Part shown: positions 22,853 to 35,105 of the stretch, in pieces | How the letters are laid out: each line of letters begins with the position of its first letter | How positions within the stretch are numbered: position 1 is the first letter of the stretch | DNA from: Leucoraja ocellata | Taxonomy: Eukaryota | DNA length: 64,000 nucleotides | Reading direction: 5' to 3' | Assembly (NCBI GenBank): GCA_036785375.1 | Contig: JAWMAR010000104.1 | Coordinates: forward strand, 4,526,001 to 4,590,000 | Notes under the pieces: model-generated | Database searches by the model: none | Told to the model about the DNA's origin: nothing | What the model saw: only the letters and a program-made list of their open reading frames with translations | Translations under genes and position numbers: made by a program

Positions 22853-24935
22853 TAGAAAAATATAAGATCAGAGAGATGAGTTTTAAAGCTGACCGGGTGT
22901 GGGGGACTAATCATTTCAGAAAATAAAGAGAACATAGCATCTCGACTGCGATGTCAGTGTAGATGGTGAAGACGGGAACGGATGAGTATGAAAAATGTAC
23001 TTAATGGGAATGTGACGTGCAGGGAATTGGTTGAAATGGAATTTATGGAAGGATGGAATTCGTTGTGATAAACATGGTGGCCAGCGTCGATGCGTTGTAC
23101 CGACAGATCTGTTTCTATGTTCTACACCTCTATGCAAAATAGAATGAAGAACTAAGCCGACATTTTAACAGATGGAAGATGAGACGCTGTTTTTCAAGCG
23201 TGCTTGATCTGGAGTCCTGCAAGTCAGAGACAAAAACGTCAGCTCATGCTGAAATTGTGAATTAAACTGAAAAGGAACCGGAAAATATGTTTCTTTACTG
23301 CAGACGTGCTCTGCAAAGAATGGCGCAATCCTGTCAGTGTTTCAACACACTCGCCACATTGGGTAGACCAATACTTACATTGTATAGGGAGAAGAGAAAG
23401 CAAATCACTGCTTCACCGGGGATAATTTCACGTCCTGTATGGTGGAAGGGAATCTGTAAAATAACGAACGTGAAACGTTTTGTGGTTTCATGGAAAACTG
23501 TAAAGAACGGTCAGTGGTCGGTATGGTCAGAAGACCAGAATAGGGATCGATGAAGGAGTGATACATTTGAACTACTAATCAGGCAGGGTAGTATATATGT
23601 GCTCAGTAGCGAAATGTTCGATTTGTATTGAACGTGAAAGCTAGTGAGTGGAAGATGACAAACACCTACACTTTTTTAAAAAACTATTCGTACTGTTTTA
23701 TCAGGAACTGGATTCTTTTTTTATTGTTTTTATTTTATGCGTGAAATGTTTAAGTTTTATGTGCGATGCTCCGGTATTCCCTGGGAAACGTCTTCTCATT
23801 TTGCACTGTACAACGTTGCTTTGCAATATGACAATAAAGTTACACATATCAAAAAGCACAATCTGAGCCTCATGGTTACGACTACATTCGCTCGTTTTCC
23901 TCTCCCTCTCAGAGATAAAACATTTATTCCATTAATACCTTCCTCGACTGTTCTGTTACTTCCAAACTATAGTCTTTTAACTCTTAGTCAGTTTGCCAAA
24001 TTACCCGTTTCGCAACATAGAATGTTACTTTGACCCACATGTGCAGCACCGCATGTTCAGTGTTTCTCGTCTCAACTCACATGCTCCCCACCAAATAACA
24101 ACTTGCAAATGTTTTGCCAATCCTCATTTTTACCATGAACGATGTCGCCTTGCATTTTCATTCCACATCAGGATATCAAGGCATTCAGTTTCATCTAAGA
24201 ATAGAGGTTCAACCAGTTCACCTCAACCTATGCTGTCCCCCACATGAATCAACTGGCAAAATTACTATCATCACCTGGATCCACTTGCTATCGGTTGCTC
24301 CAAGCCGTACCATCGACCATTTGTAACCAACAACCTTCCTCTCCTCTCGTCACCAAGGGTTCGATACCAAACGTCTTCTGCCAGTTTATCTCCACAGATG
24401 CTGCCTGACTTTCTGATTTCCTCCAGCATGTTGAGCTAAAAATTCCAGCATCTGCAATCTCTTGTGATTCTAATATATGAGCATAATTATTTCCTTCGCC
24501 AGCTGATTATTGGTATAGGTACTGTCTGTACCACAAACTAAAAACAATTATTCAAGAACATGTCGGTAGAATGCACCAGAGAAAGCTTCAACCCAAATTT
24601 CACATATTAGTACTTCAGCCACGTAAGTAGCTCCAGGTACCCTGGTCATTTGCGTAATTGGCTAAATGGCAACGCGGCTGTGCAACATTTTGCAGTGACA
24701 AGCTGAAATACTGCCTTCGGAATTTAAAGATGCAATTTCATGATGTTTTCATTCCAGTTGCAGGAAATTTTATTTTGGACAATTACAACTTTACACCAAT
24801 TTAAAAGAAAAAGAGAAAAAATGCACCAAGAGAACGTTTTCTTAAATATTTCACTCGCACTGATTCACATCCCTCAGCAGATATAAAATGGTCGCACACA
24901 AAATTACCATTCCTTAATCTACGTATCGACGTAAT

Positions 24936-27323
24936 TTAGCATTGGTCTTGAGAGGTGGGAGCACCACATGGCTTCAGGAAGAGAAAATCGCTTTTCGCTG
25001 ACTCTGGAGACAGGCAGACCGAGCATTGATTCGGTTCTGGTCCTCGCACTACCCGGCCTGCCCCATGATAACGTAATGTTTCCTCCATCGCAGATATTCC
25101 ATTAAACGTGCCATGCGAAACCCCGCCGTTGTAACAATAACTGGGAGAGTTATACTCTTGGGTAATATTTCTGCCCTGTTTGCACTTGATACCAATCAAC
25201 AGAATGATGATCAGAAGAAAGACCACGGAAGTGCAACTGAAAATGACGATTAAATAAACGTTTGGATCAGAGAAATATTCTGGATTCTTCACCAAGGTGC
25301 TGCTTTCGCTGATTCCTTCAGTGCTGTTCTCCAAAACTCTAATGTTCATTGTAATTGTGCTGGACAGGCTTGGCTGCCCTTTGTCCCTAACCAAGATGAC
25401 TAGAGTTTGTACAGCAGTGTCTGACTGGAAAACATTGCGCGCTGTTCTAACATCTCCGGAATGTTGTCCAACGTTGTACAAACCGGGGACGGTAGTTTTC
25501 ACTATTTGATAAAAGAGCTGCGCGTTCTGACCAGAATCTGCATCAGTTGCCATTATCTTGCTGACCAAGTACCCTTGACCTGCTGACCGGGGTACGGTAT
25601 CCACTGCTGCTGACCCACTTAGTTCTGAAGGTGAAATTATTACCGGCGCGTTGTCATTTTGATCCAGGATGATCACGTTCACCATGGCGCTGCTGCTCAA
25701 CGGAGGCACCCCGGCGTCACGGGCTTGAACATGGATCTGGAAGTTTTTTAGTTCCTCATAATCAAAGGAACGCAGTGCGTAAATAGTACCGTTAATTGAA
25801 TTGATAGTGAGGTAAGTGGATACTGGCACATTGTGTATATGGTTATCGAGAAAGGAGAAGGAAATATAGGAATTTTGATCCAGATCAGGATCTGTTGCAG
25901 TTACTGTGGAAATGGACGCACCCGGAGCGTTATTCTCCATTATATATATGTTGTAGGATGACTCTGTGAATTGTGGTTCGTTATCGTTAACGTCCGAAAT
26001 TGCAATCTGGATGGTTGTATTTGATGAGAGTGACGGCGACCCCAAGTCCCAGGCTGAAATAAGAATGTTATACTCAGGGATGGCTTCACGGTCCAACGTT
26101 TCACTCGTGGTTAATTTATAGTTGTTCGATACCTTTTGCAGTCGAAATGGGACGTTCTTTTGTCTTAACTCGCAACGTACTTGACCGTTCGCTCCAGAAT
26201 CACGATCCATCACATTAATCAGACATATGAAACTTCCTGGTGGCGCATTTTCCGGGATTTTGTTGCAAGGTGGTGGTACCTTTATCTCAGGTGCGTTGTC
26301 GTTCACATCAGTGACTTTGATCAGTACTTTGGAGTGTCCTGTCATTGCAGGGGAACCGTGGTCCTGGGCTCGAATATCCAGAGAATAGCTGTTTACTTGT
26401 TCAAAATCTAGAAGCCCTATGACTCGAAGCTCCCCAGTAACTGGGTCTAAACTGAATAATTTTCGCGCTCTTATCAAAGAAATATCACTAAAACAATACG
26501 TCAGCTCCGAATTCAGTCCTTCGTCCAAATCATTTGCTTTGACTTTCAGCACCAACGTACCCCGCGGCGCGTTCTCACTTACGATGCCTCTGTAAATATC
26601 ATGATCGAACACAGGTGGATTATCGTTGATTTCCAATACAGTAATGATAATCTGAGCTGTGGCTGATCTCTGAGGGGTGCCACCATCAGTCGCCGTAAGC
26701 AAGAGTTGAAATGATGATTGCTGCTCTCGGTCCAAAGATTTCCCTAACAGCAACTCGGCAATCATAATACCGTCTTCGGCTATCTGTGTTTTTAGAATAA
26801 AGTGCTCACTGGAGCTGATTGTGTAAGCGGTCACGGAGTTTGTACCAATGTCGGGATCATCCGCCCCCTCGAGTCGGAAACGTACACCCGGCGCACTAGC
26901 TTCCGATATCTGCAAGACAATGCTGCTCTGCGGGAAAGTGGGGGAATTGTCATTTACATCAAGAATCTCCAATTCCCCGTGATACACCTCCAAGGGGTTT
27001 TCCAATATTGTTTCGAAATGTACAGTACATTTATCATTCTGTCCACAAATACGATCCCGGTCGATTTTTTCACGAATAGACATGATTCCATTGTCCAAAC
27101 TGACCTTCATGTACCGCCCTCCGTCATCAGAGCTCAGTCGGAATTTGCGAGCTGACAATTGCCGTACGTTCAGGCCCAAATCCACGGCGATATTCCCAAC
27201 AAATGCCCCTTGCTCCATTTCCTCGGGAATGGAATAACGAATTTGCCCGGAGATAGGACCTGGTGCACATATCGCAAATATGCAAGCAAATGCTATGAGG
27301 GCAAACCTCGGTACGTACGCCAT
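24936..27323 (-). CDS. Clustered protocadherin gene 4 (gamma-like, single ORF), 795 aa
   Basis: ATG at 27323 (MAYVPRF; the track's start is an upstream TTG). Six cadherin repeats, TM, CLSPESAKSDFLFLKP motif, ends SQDQC. Confidence 0.95.
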   Translation of the reverse strand: MAYVPRFALIAFACIFAICAPGPISGQIRYSIPEEMEQGAFVGNIAVDLGLNVRQLSARKFRLSSDDGGRYMKVSLDNGIMSIREKIDRDRICGQNDKCTVHFETILENPLEVYHGELEILDVNDNSPTFPQSSIVLQISEASAPGVRFRLEGADDPDIGTNSVTAYTISSSEHFILKTQIAEDGIMIAELLLGKSLDREQQSSFQLLLTATDGGTPQRSATAQIIITVLEINDNPPVFDHDIYRGIVSENAPRGTLVLKVKANDLDEGLNSELTYCFSDISLIRARKLFSLDPVTGELRVIGLLDFEQVNSYSLDIRAQDHGSPAMTGHSKVLIKVTDVNDNAPEIKVPPPCNKIPENAPPGSFICLINVMDRDSGANGQVRCELRQKNVPFRLQKVSNNYKLTTSETLDREAIPEYNILISAWDLGSPSLSSNTTIQIAISDVNDNEPQFTESSYNIYIMENNAPGASISTVTATDPDLDQNSYISFSFLDNHIHNVPVSTYLTINSINGTIYALRSFDYEELKNFQIHVQARDAGVPPLSSSAMVNVIILDQNDNAPVIISPSELSGSAAVDTVPRSAGQGYLVSKIMATDADSGQNAQLFYQIVKTTVPGLYNVGQHSGDVRTARNVFQSDTAVQTLVILVRDKGQPSLSSTITMNIRVLENSTEGISESSTLVKNPEYFSDPNVYLIVIFSCTSVVFLLIIILLIGIKCKQGRNITQEYNSPSYCYNGGVSHGTFNGISAMEETLRYHGAGRVVRGPEPNQCSVCLSPESAKSDFLFLKPCGAPTSQDQC

Positions 27324-27459
27324 TATACCGCGCTCTGTCAAAGTCCAACACTGGGCCTCTCCTCGAGTAATCCGTGCAAATGGTCAAATCACGAAATAAA
27401 TATTCACAGATATTCCCAATACCGAATCGAAACAGACGGGAAATCTATGCCTGTTTCGT

Positions 27460-27632
27460 CAATCTAAACGCAGACACTGTTCGCTTCTCTCGTCGCGTCT
27501 GACGTTTTTATTCTGGGATGTGGGAGGGACAATGGATCCATCTCTATACTTGAGCTTCTCATTGGTAGACAGCGACACGACCAGTCCTTTTCAACAACTG
27601 CAGCTGCAATTCTTAAAGCTGTACTGCTCTCC
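27460..27632 (-). promoter_or_regulatory. Conserved Pcdh promoter with CSE/CGCT box (core ~27557-27584)
   Basis: Minus strand CTGGTCGTGTCGCTGTCTACCAATGAG. Confidence 0.8.
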
Positions 27633-29837
27633 TATACATTTAATGGCGTGAATCTGTAAAACGTCCTCTTTAAAAAGAATCTTGAAGAAGGAACTTTTCT
27701 TTACACTTAACTTCGAAAGTGAGATCCCCAGAACGTTATCACGTTCTGTCTGTTCATTCAGAATTCCATAACGAAAACATAGATGGCATCATTGTTTCTA
27801 TGATGCCACACAACATATCGGATATATATTTTTTGCTTACAGATGTTTGAACCATTACAGTCGCACATTAGGGTAGTAAGAAAATATATTAATGCAACGA
27901 CTACATAATTTTCCCTTCTTTGGTAAGGGAATTTCATTATCACTTTTCAGATTTTGGAGAAGGTGTACGTGAATATAATACTTTCAATTGGCCGATTGTT
28001 GAACCAACTTCCTGTTTAAAGTGATTGTTTTAGAAATACATCGTCACACCCAGGTCAAGCCAGGTTTATTGACACGAGCATGCATAGGCAAGCAGAGGCA
28101 CTGCTGCAATGTGAATCTTGCTTGCAGCAGCTTCACAAGCACATAACACAGCAGACCCCGACAGATATTGTAGGAAGCATGGAAAATAGGTATCGGTGTG
28201 AGGTTTTGCGCTGGAAATTAGGTGAATTGTTGATTCTTATTTAACTTGAGATTCTCTGTTTCGTTTTTCGGGGTTTTTTTCCATTGGTTTTGTTAATGCA
28301 ATTTGCAACTAAATGAATGAATTACTAACTTATCTGTAGATTTGTTCTCATTTAAAATGAGCCCCAGTTAACACTAATCTCTTGGTACTACACTTACCGT
28401 GTAAAACGGCCTTTTCAGTGAACGTTAACAGGGTGGCCCAAAGTACTTGTAATGTTTTTAGGCAATTGGAGTTTCATTTCTGCTGCTGGAGTTTGCAGTG
28501 AATGTTCAACGTCATACATGACCCAGGCAAAGTTTGAATGGGACACGTTTTGATGACGTGGTGGATAGAATCTACGTCTTCTTTAATTAAACGGAATGCA
28601 TTGATCATGTTCGCCATTGGTTGAAAATGTTCTGAATATATCTGATGCCACACTTGGTTCACTGGATGTCAATTGCACGTCATTCTTAAGTTAGCGCTGG
28701 GTTTCACCTTTTATATTCCATTGCCAAACAAAGGTTTGCCATGACTGAACCACACGAGACTAGCAAAAAGATTCTAATAGCAATAAAATTAATATCAACC
28801 GAATAATTGTAATAAAATCTGAAAAAAAGATACAAATCAACGCGAAACACTACAGGTGAGATTAGGGATAATTCCTTCCACCAAACAAGAAGCATACTGA
28901 TATCGCTATATAGCAATTGAATGACAAGCAGTCAACTGTGCAACAACAACTGAAAATGCTGAAAACGCTCGTCGATTCTAATATAATCCGAGGAAAGATA
29001 TACAATCAACGCTTCGGGCCCTGGATCCTCTATCTGAACTATGAAATGTGCTATTTTTCCATAACAGCGAGCATGGGAATTAAAGGAGAAAAAATAGGAT
29101 TTTTTTCTCAGAGGCAAGACCAAATAAATATACATCCTGTAATCACCTCAATATAAGAGATCGGCGACTTCATTGTTTCTGTGGTGTATGGCGAACAACA
29201 TGGGAATGGGACCTAGATGAGAATGGGGCCAAGATGGTTCCTTGATGAGACCTAGCAGGAATAAAGGGAATGGGACATGTTCAGGTCATTGAACAGCTGT
29301 GGATTTTGGATTAAAGCAATTTGTTCTTTAAAAATGAGAAGAGTGGTAGACAGGATCGTGTAGAATGCATATGGCATGATTGCCTTCCTCAGTAGCGGTA
29401 CTGATTGAAAGAGTTGAGGTCTATTGCAGTTGAATAAAACATTGCTTGGGCTGGATTTCAATTATTGTGTGCACGTCTGGTAAGCACAATATGTAAGTGA
29501 TTGGGTTAAGCCAGAGTGGGAGCAGGCCACACTCCAAAGAACGTTGCCAGGGTGGGATGGTCATGTCATGAGGGGAGATTGTATAGGCCAGAACTGTATT
29601 CCTCTGGATAGAACACAGCTGAGCGATGCATTGACCCAGACACGTAGGGCACGGATAGGGTAGATGGCCAATAAGCATATCCAAATGTAAGGCGCCCCAA
29701 AACTAGAGGATGGGTTTTAGGATCAGAAAGAGTACTTTTAAAGTCGACCGGATGGCTAATCATTTCAGAACAAGGGAATATCGCATGTGGATTGAGATGA
29801 CAGTTCATGTGGTGGAAACGGGAACAGGAAAGTGTAT

Positions 29838-30447
29838 AAGAAGGAACTGCAGATGCTGGTTTAATCCGAAGATAGACACAAAAATATGGAATAACGCAGA
29901 GAGACAGGCAACATCTCTGGAGATAAGAATGGGTGGCGTTTCATGTCGAGATCCCCTTTGAGACTTGTTAGGGATAAGGACAACGAGAGAGGTAGACGAC
30001 GATGTAGAGAGATGAAGAACAATGAATGAAAGATTTGCAAAAGTAACGATCATAAAGGCAACAGGCCATGGTTCACTGTTTGGTGGGTGAAAACGAGAAG
30101 CTTGTGCGACTTGGGTGGGGAGGGATAGAGAGAGAGGGAATGCCGGCGTTACTTGAAGTTAGAGAAATCAATATTCATACAACTGTGCTGTAAGCTGCCC
30201 AAGCAAGATATGAGATGTTACTCTACCAATTTATGTTTAGCCTCACTCTGATAATGGATGAGACCTAGGAGAGAAAGGTCTGTGTGCGAAAGGGAAGGAG
30301 AATTAAAGTGTTTAGCAAACGGGCGATCAGATAGGTTCAGGCGGACTGAGCGAAGGTGTTCAGCGAAACGATCGCCCAGCACCCATTCCTTTTTTTCCAG
30401 AGATGATACCTGTCCCGCTGAGTTACCCCAGCTTTTTGTGTCTATTT
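29838..30447 (-). mobile_element. Penelope-like retroelement remnant (GIY-YIG C-terminus plus inverted terminal segment)
   Basis: The minus strand of ~30150-30380 translates to LGDRFAEHLRSVRLN..FAKHFNSP..HLISCLGSLQ..MNIDFSNFK. 30381-30445 is the reverse complement of ~29872-29935, as in inverted PLE pseudo-LTRs. Confidence 0.7.
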
Positions 30448-32421
30448 CAGCTAAGTATGTAAAAAGTACTTAATGGGAAGGTGAATACATAGGGAATTGA
30501 TGGATACGGAATTAATGCAAGGGTGGAATTAATACAGATAAGCATGATGGTCGGCGTAGATGCGATGTAACGAATGGTTTGTTTCTATGTCCAACACCTC
30601 GGCACACAACAGCTCGGCACACAAGAGCGCAAGACTAAACCGAAATGATAACATACAACAGTGGCTTGTCCGTATGGAAGATGAGACGCTATTTTTGAAA
30701 CGTGCGCCTTTGCTTTACCCTTGTTCCAATCGTGCTGGAAATCAGAGAAAAAAAAGATTAGCTAGCGTGAAATTGTAAATGAAAATGTTAAACAAACGGG
30801 GAAAAAACTGCTTAATTCCTGCAGATTTTACGCACTTGTGCTACAATGCAATGTTACAACCATCTTTCAGGGTCTCCAAAACAGTGTTACCACAGTGGGA
30901 AGACCAAATGTTTACATTATATTGACGGAAGAGCAAGCAGGTCACTGCTTCACCCGAAAGAATTTGCCGTCCTTTACGCTGGAAGGGAATTGGTAAAATA
31001 ACGAAAGTTACACGTTTTGTGGTTTCATAGGAAACTGCCAAAGGATGGTGAATGGCCGGTAAGGTCGGATGACTAGAATAAGGACTGATAGATGAGTGGT
31101 ACTTTTGAATTGTTAAACAGGCAGGGAAGGGGAAGCTGTACACAGTGACGGAATTTTGTTTGAATTGAGGTAATTTGCATTGAATGTGAACGTTTGTGAG
31201 TGGAAGATAACACATGGGGAAACCATGTTCTTGTTCCATCCAGAGGGGGTGGGTAGTGAGATGTTGAGAACCGATCCCTTCCTGATTTCCGGGCGCGTAG
31301 TAGCTTACGTAGAGCAAAAACACAATTTGAACCGCACGGTCACACCTCCTACTGCTTTCGCTCGTTTTTCTCCTCCCTTTCAGACACAATACATTTATTC
31401 CATTAATACTCACCTGTTCCTCACCTGTTCAATTAAATGCAAACTAAAGTGGTTTTACTTGTTCCTCAGCACGCCAAACTGCCCGTTCCTCAACATAGAA
31501 TGCTGCTGTTCCCCGCATGTGCAGCCCAACGTGCGCTGTGCTTCCAGTCCCTCTTCCCGTGCTCTCCACCATTTTAATAACTTCCTTTTTTTTTGCCAAT
31601 CCTCATTTTTACAATGGATGACGTCGTTTTGCATTTTTATTCCGCATCAGGATGACATCAAAGCTTTATGATTCATCTAAAAATGGAGACTCAGCCTGTG
31701 CTATCCTCCACAAGAAGGAACTGCCAAAAATCCCCTCCTCACCTGGACCCAACTACCACTTGATATAATTTGTTCTAAGTCTTCCTCGTCCATTTCTAAC
31801 AACAATGCAACTTTCCTGTGGTCATGATGGGCTCGACACCAAACGTCATCTGCCTGTTTCAATCCACGGATGCTGCCTGACTCACTGAGTTCCTCCAGTC
31901 AATCGTGCTCATAATTTCAACTTATTTCATGAATTTCATATAAATGAGCTTAATTATTTCCTTCATATGTTGATTATTATTAAAGTGCCATGCATATTTG
32001 TTGTACCACGAACTATCAACAATCCTTCCAGAATGCATGGATACGGAGTCAATAAACTCTTCAACGCAACTTTCGCATGTTAGCACTTCAGCTAAGTAAG
32101 TGGATCCAGGTACCCAGATCATTTAAGCGATTGACTAAATGGCAAAACGTTTGTGCACTATCCAATGACAAGCAGAAGGGCTGCCTTCAGAAATAAAATT
32201 TGCAATTTCAAGATGTTTTCATTGCAGTTTTATTTTATTTTTTTCCAATTACAACCGTACTCCCATTTAAGCGACAGAGAAGAAAATGCAGCAAGGGTAG
32301 GTTTTCTAAACAATGCACTCGCACTGATTCACCCCCCCCCCCCCCCTCCTCCCCTACCCCCCAGCAGCAATTAAATGGCCGCATACTAAATGGCATTCTT
32401 CAATCTACGTACCAGTGTTAT

Positions 32422-34794
32422 TCAGCTTTGAGCTTGAGAGGTGGGTGCGTCGCGTGGCTTCAGGAAGAGAAAATCGCTTTTCGCTGACTCTGGAGACAGA
32501 CAGATTGAGTATTGATTCAGTTCTACCCCCCGGACTACCCGTCCCGTCCCAGGATAACACAATGTTTCCTCCATAGCTGGTCTTCCATTAAACGTGCCGT
32601 GCGTAACCCCATGATTGTAACAATAACTAGTGGAGTTATACCCTTGGATAATATTTCTGTCTTGTTTACACTTGATACCAATCAACAGAACGATGACCAG
32701 AAGAAAGACCACGGAAGTGCAACTGAAAATGACGATTAAATAAACGTTTGGATCAGAGAAATATTCTAGATTCTTCACCAAGGTACTGAGTTCGCTGATT
32801 CCTTCAGTGCTGTTTCCCAAAACTCTAATGTTCATTGTAACTGTGCTGGACAGGCTTGGCTGCCCATTGTCCTTAACCAAGATGACTAGAGTTTGTAAAG
32901 CAGTATCCGACTGCAAACTATTGCGCGCTGTTCTGACTTCGCCGGAATGTTGTCCAACGTTGTACAAACCGGGGTCGGTATATTTCACTATCTGATAAAA
33001 GAGCCGTGCGTTCTGACCAGAATCGGCATCAGTTGCCATTATCTTGCTGACCAAGTACCCTTGACCCGCTGACCGGGGTACGGTATCCACTGCTGCTGAA
33101 GGTGAAACTATTACCGGCGCGTTGTCATTTTGATCCAGGATAATCACGTTCACCATGGCGCTGCTACTCAACGGAGGCACCCCGGCGTCACGGGCTTGAA
33201 CATGGATCTGGAAGTTTTTTTGTTCCTCATAATCAAAGGAACGCAGTGCGTAAATGGTACCGTTAATTGAATTGATAGTGAGGTAAGTGGATATTGGCAT
33301 GTTTTGGATATGGTTATCGAGAAAGGAGTAGGAAATATAGGAATTTTGATCCAGATCAGGATCTGTTGCGGTTACTGTGGAAACGGACGCACCCGGAGCG
33401 TTGTTCTCCATTATATATATGTTGTAGGATGACTCTGTGAATTGTGGTTCGTTATCGTTAACGTCCGAAATTGCAATCTGGATGGTTGTATTTGATGAGA
33501 GTGACGGCGACCCCAAGTCCCAGGCTGAAATAAGAATGTTATACTCAGAGATGGCTTCACGGTCCAACGTTTCACTCGTGGTTAATTTATAGTTGTTCGA
33601 TACCTTTTGCAGTCGAAATGGGACGTTCTTTTGTCTTAACTCGCAACGTACTTGACCGTTCGCTCCAGAATCACGATCCATCACATTAATCAGACATATG
33701 AAACTACCTGGTGGCGCATTTTCCGGGATTTTGTTGCAAGGTGATGGTACCTTTATCTCAGGTGCGTTGTCATTCGCATCAGTGACTTTGATCAGTACTT
33801 TGGAGTGTCCTGTCATTGCAGGGGAACCGTGGTCCTGGGCTCGAATATCCAGAGAATAGCTGTTTACTTGTTCAAAATCGAGAAACCCTTTGACTCGAAG
33901 CTCCCCAGTGACTGGGTCTAAACTGAATAATTTTCGCGCTCTTAACAAAGAAATATCACTAAAACAATATGTCAGTTCCGAATTCAGTCCTTCGTCCAAA
34001 TCATTTGCTTTGACTTTCAGCACCAACGTACCCCGCGGCGCGTTCTCACTTACACTGCCTCTGTAAATATCATGATCGAACACAGGTGGATTATCATTGT
34101 TATCGAATACAGTAATGAGAATCTGAGCTGTGGCTGATCTCTGTGGGGTGCCACCATCAGTCGCCGTAAGCAAGAGTTGAAATGATGATTGCTGCTCTCG
34201 GTCCAAAGATTTCCCTAACAGCAACTCGGCAATCACAATGCCGTCTTCAGCTCTCTGTGTTTTTAGACTGAAGTGCTCACTGGAACTGATTGTGTAAGCG
34301 GCCACGGTATTTGTACCAATGTCGGGATCATCCGCCCCCTCGAGTCGGAAACGTACACCGGGTGCACTTGCTTCCGATATCTGCAAGGCAATGCTGCTCT
34401 GTGGGAATGTGGGGGAATTGTCATTTACATCAAGAATCTCCAATTCCCCGTGATACACCTCCAACGGGTTTTCCAGTATTGTTTCGAAATATACAGTGCA
34501 TTTATCATTCTGTCCACAAATACGTTCCCGGTCGATTTTTTCACGAATAGACATGATTCCATTGTCCAAACTGACCTTCATGTACCGCCTTCCGTCATCA
34601 GAGCTCAGTCGGAATTTGCGAGCTGACAGTTCCCGTACATTCAGGCCCAAATCCACAGCGATATTCCCAACATATGCCCCTTGCACCATTTCCTCGGGAA
34701 TAGAATAACGAATTTGCCCGGAGATTGGGCCCGGTGCACATATCACAAACATGCAAGCAAATGCTGTGAGGGCAAACCTCGGTATGTGCGCCAT
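32422..34794 (-). CDS. Clustered protocadherin gene 5 (gamma-like, single ORF), 790 aa; probable gene4/gene6 chimera
   Basis: ATG at 34794 (MAHIPRF). Intact ORF with a 15-bp in-frame deletion at the start of EC6; ends KPRDAPTSQAQS. Confidence 0.95.
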   Translation of the reverse strand: MAHIPRFALTAFACMFVICAPGPISGQIRYSIPEEMVQGAYVGNIAVDLGLNVRELSARKFRLSSDDGRRYMKVSLDNGIMSIREKIDRERICGQNDKCTVYFETILENPLEVYHGELEILDVNDNSPTFPQSSIALQISEASAPGVRFRLEGADDPDIGTNTVAAYTISSSEHFSLKTQRAEDGIVIAELLLGKSLDREQQSSFQLLLTATDGGTPQRSATAQILITVFDNNDNPPVFDHDIYRGSVSENAPRGTLVLKVKANDLDEGLNSELTYCFSDISLLRARKLFSLDPVTGELRVKGFLDFEQVNSYSLDIRAQDHGSPAMTGHSKVLIKVTDANDNAPEIKVPSPCNKIPENAPPGSFICLINVMDRDSGANGQVRCELRQKNVPFRLQKVSNNYKLTTSETLDREAISEYNILISAWDLGSPSLSSNTTIQIAISDVNDNEPQFTESSYNIYIMENNAPGASVSTVTATDPDLDQNSYISYSFLDNHIQNMPISTYLTINSINGTIYALRSFDYEEQKNFQIHVQARDAGVPPLSSSAMVNVIILDQNDNAPVIVSPSAAVDTVPRSAGQGYLVSKIMATDADSGQNARLFYQIVKYTDPGLYNVGQHSGEVRTARNSLQSDTALQTLVILVKDNGQPSLSSTVTMNIRVLGNSTEGISELSTLVKNLEYFSDPNVYLIVIFSCTSVVFLLVIVLLIGIKCKQDRNIIQGYNSTSYCYNHGVTHGTFNGRPAMEETLCYPGTGRVVRGVELNQYSICLSPESAKSDFLFLKPRDAPTSQAQS

Positions 34795-34934
34795 TATTCC
34801 GCACTCTGTCAAAGTCCAACACAGGGCCTCTCCTCGAGTAATCCGTGCGAATCGTCAAACCACGAAATAAAAATGCACATATATTCCCAATACCGAATCG
34901 AAACAGACGGGAAATCTATCCTCCTGTTTCGTCA

Positions 34935-35105
34935 ATCAAAACGCAGGCACTGCTCGCCTCTCTAAACGTGTCTGACGTTTTTATTCTCGGATATGGGAGG
35001 GACAATGGATCCATCTCTGTACTTGAGCTTTTCATTGGTAGACAGCGACACGACCAGTTCTTTTCAGCAACTGCAGCTGCAATTCTTAAAGCTATACTGC
35101 TCTCC
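34935..35105 (-). promoter_or_regulatory. Conserved Pcdh promoter with CSE/CGCT box (core ~35031-35057)
   Basis: Minus strand CTGGTCGTGTCGCTGTCTACCAATGAA. Confidence 0.8.

Noticed and set aside
26802-27155. Recurrent ~117-aa + strand ORFs antisense to EC1-EC2 (also 34273, 40610, 51336) and 60-77-aa antisense ORFs over EC4 and EC6
   Set aside because: They are shadow frames of the conserved sense coding sequence, mostly with non-ATG starts and no independent motif. An antisense lncRNA cannot be judged from sequence alone.
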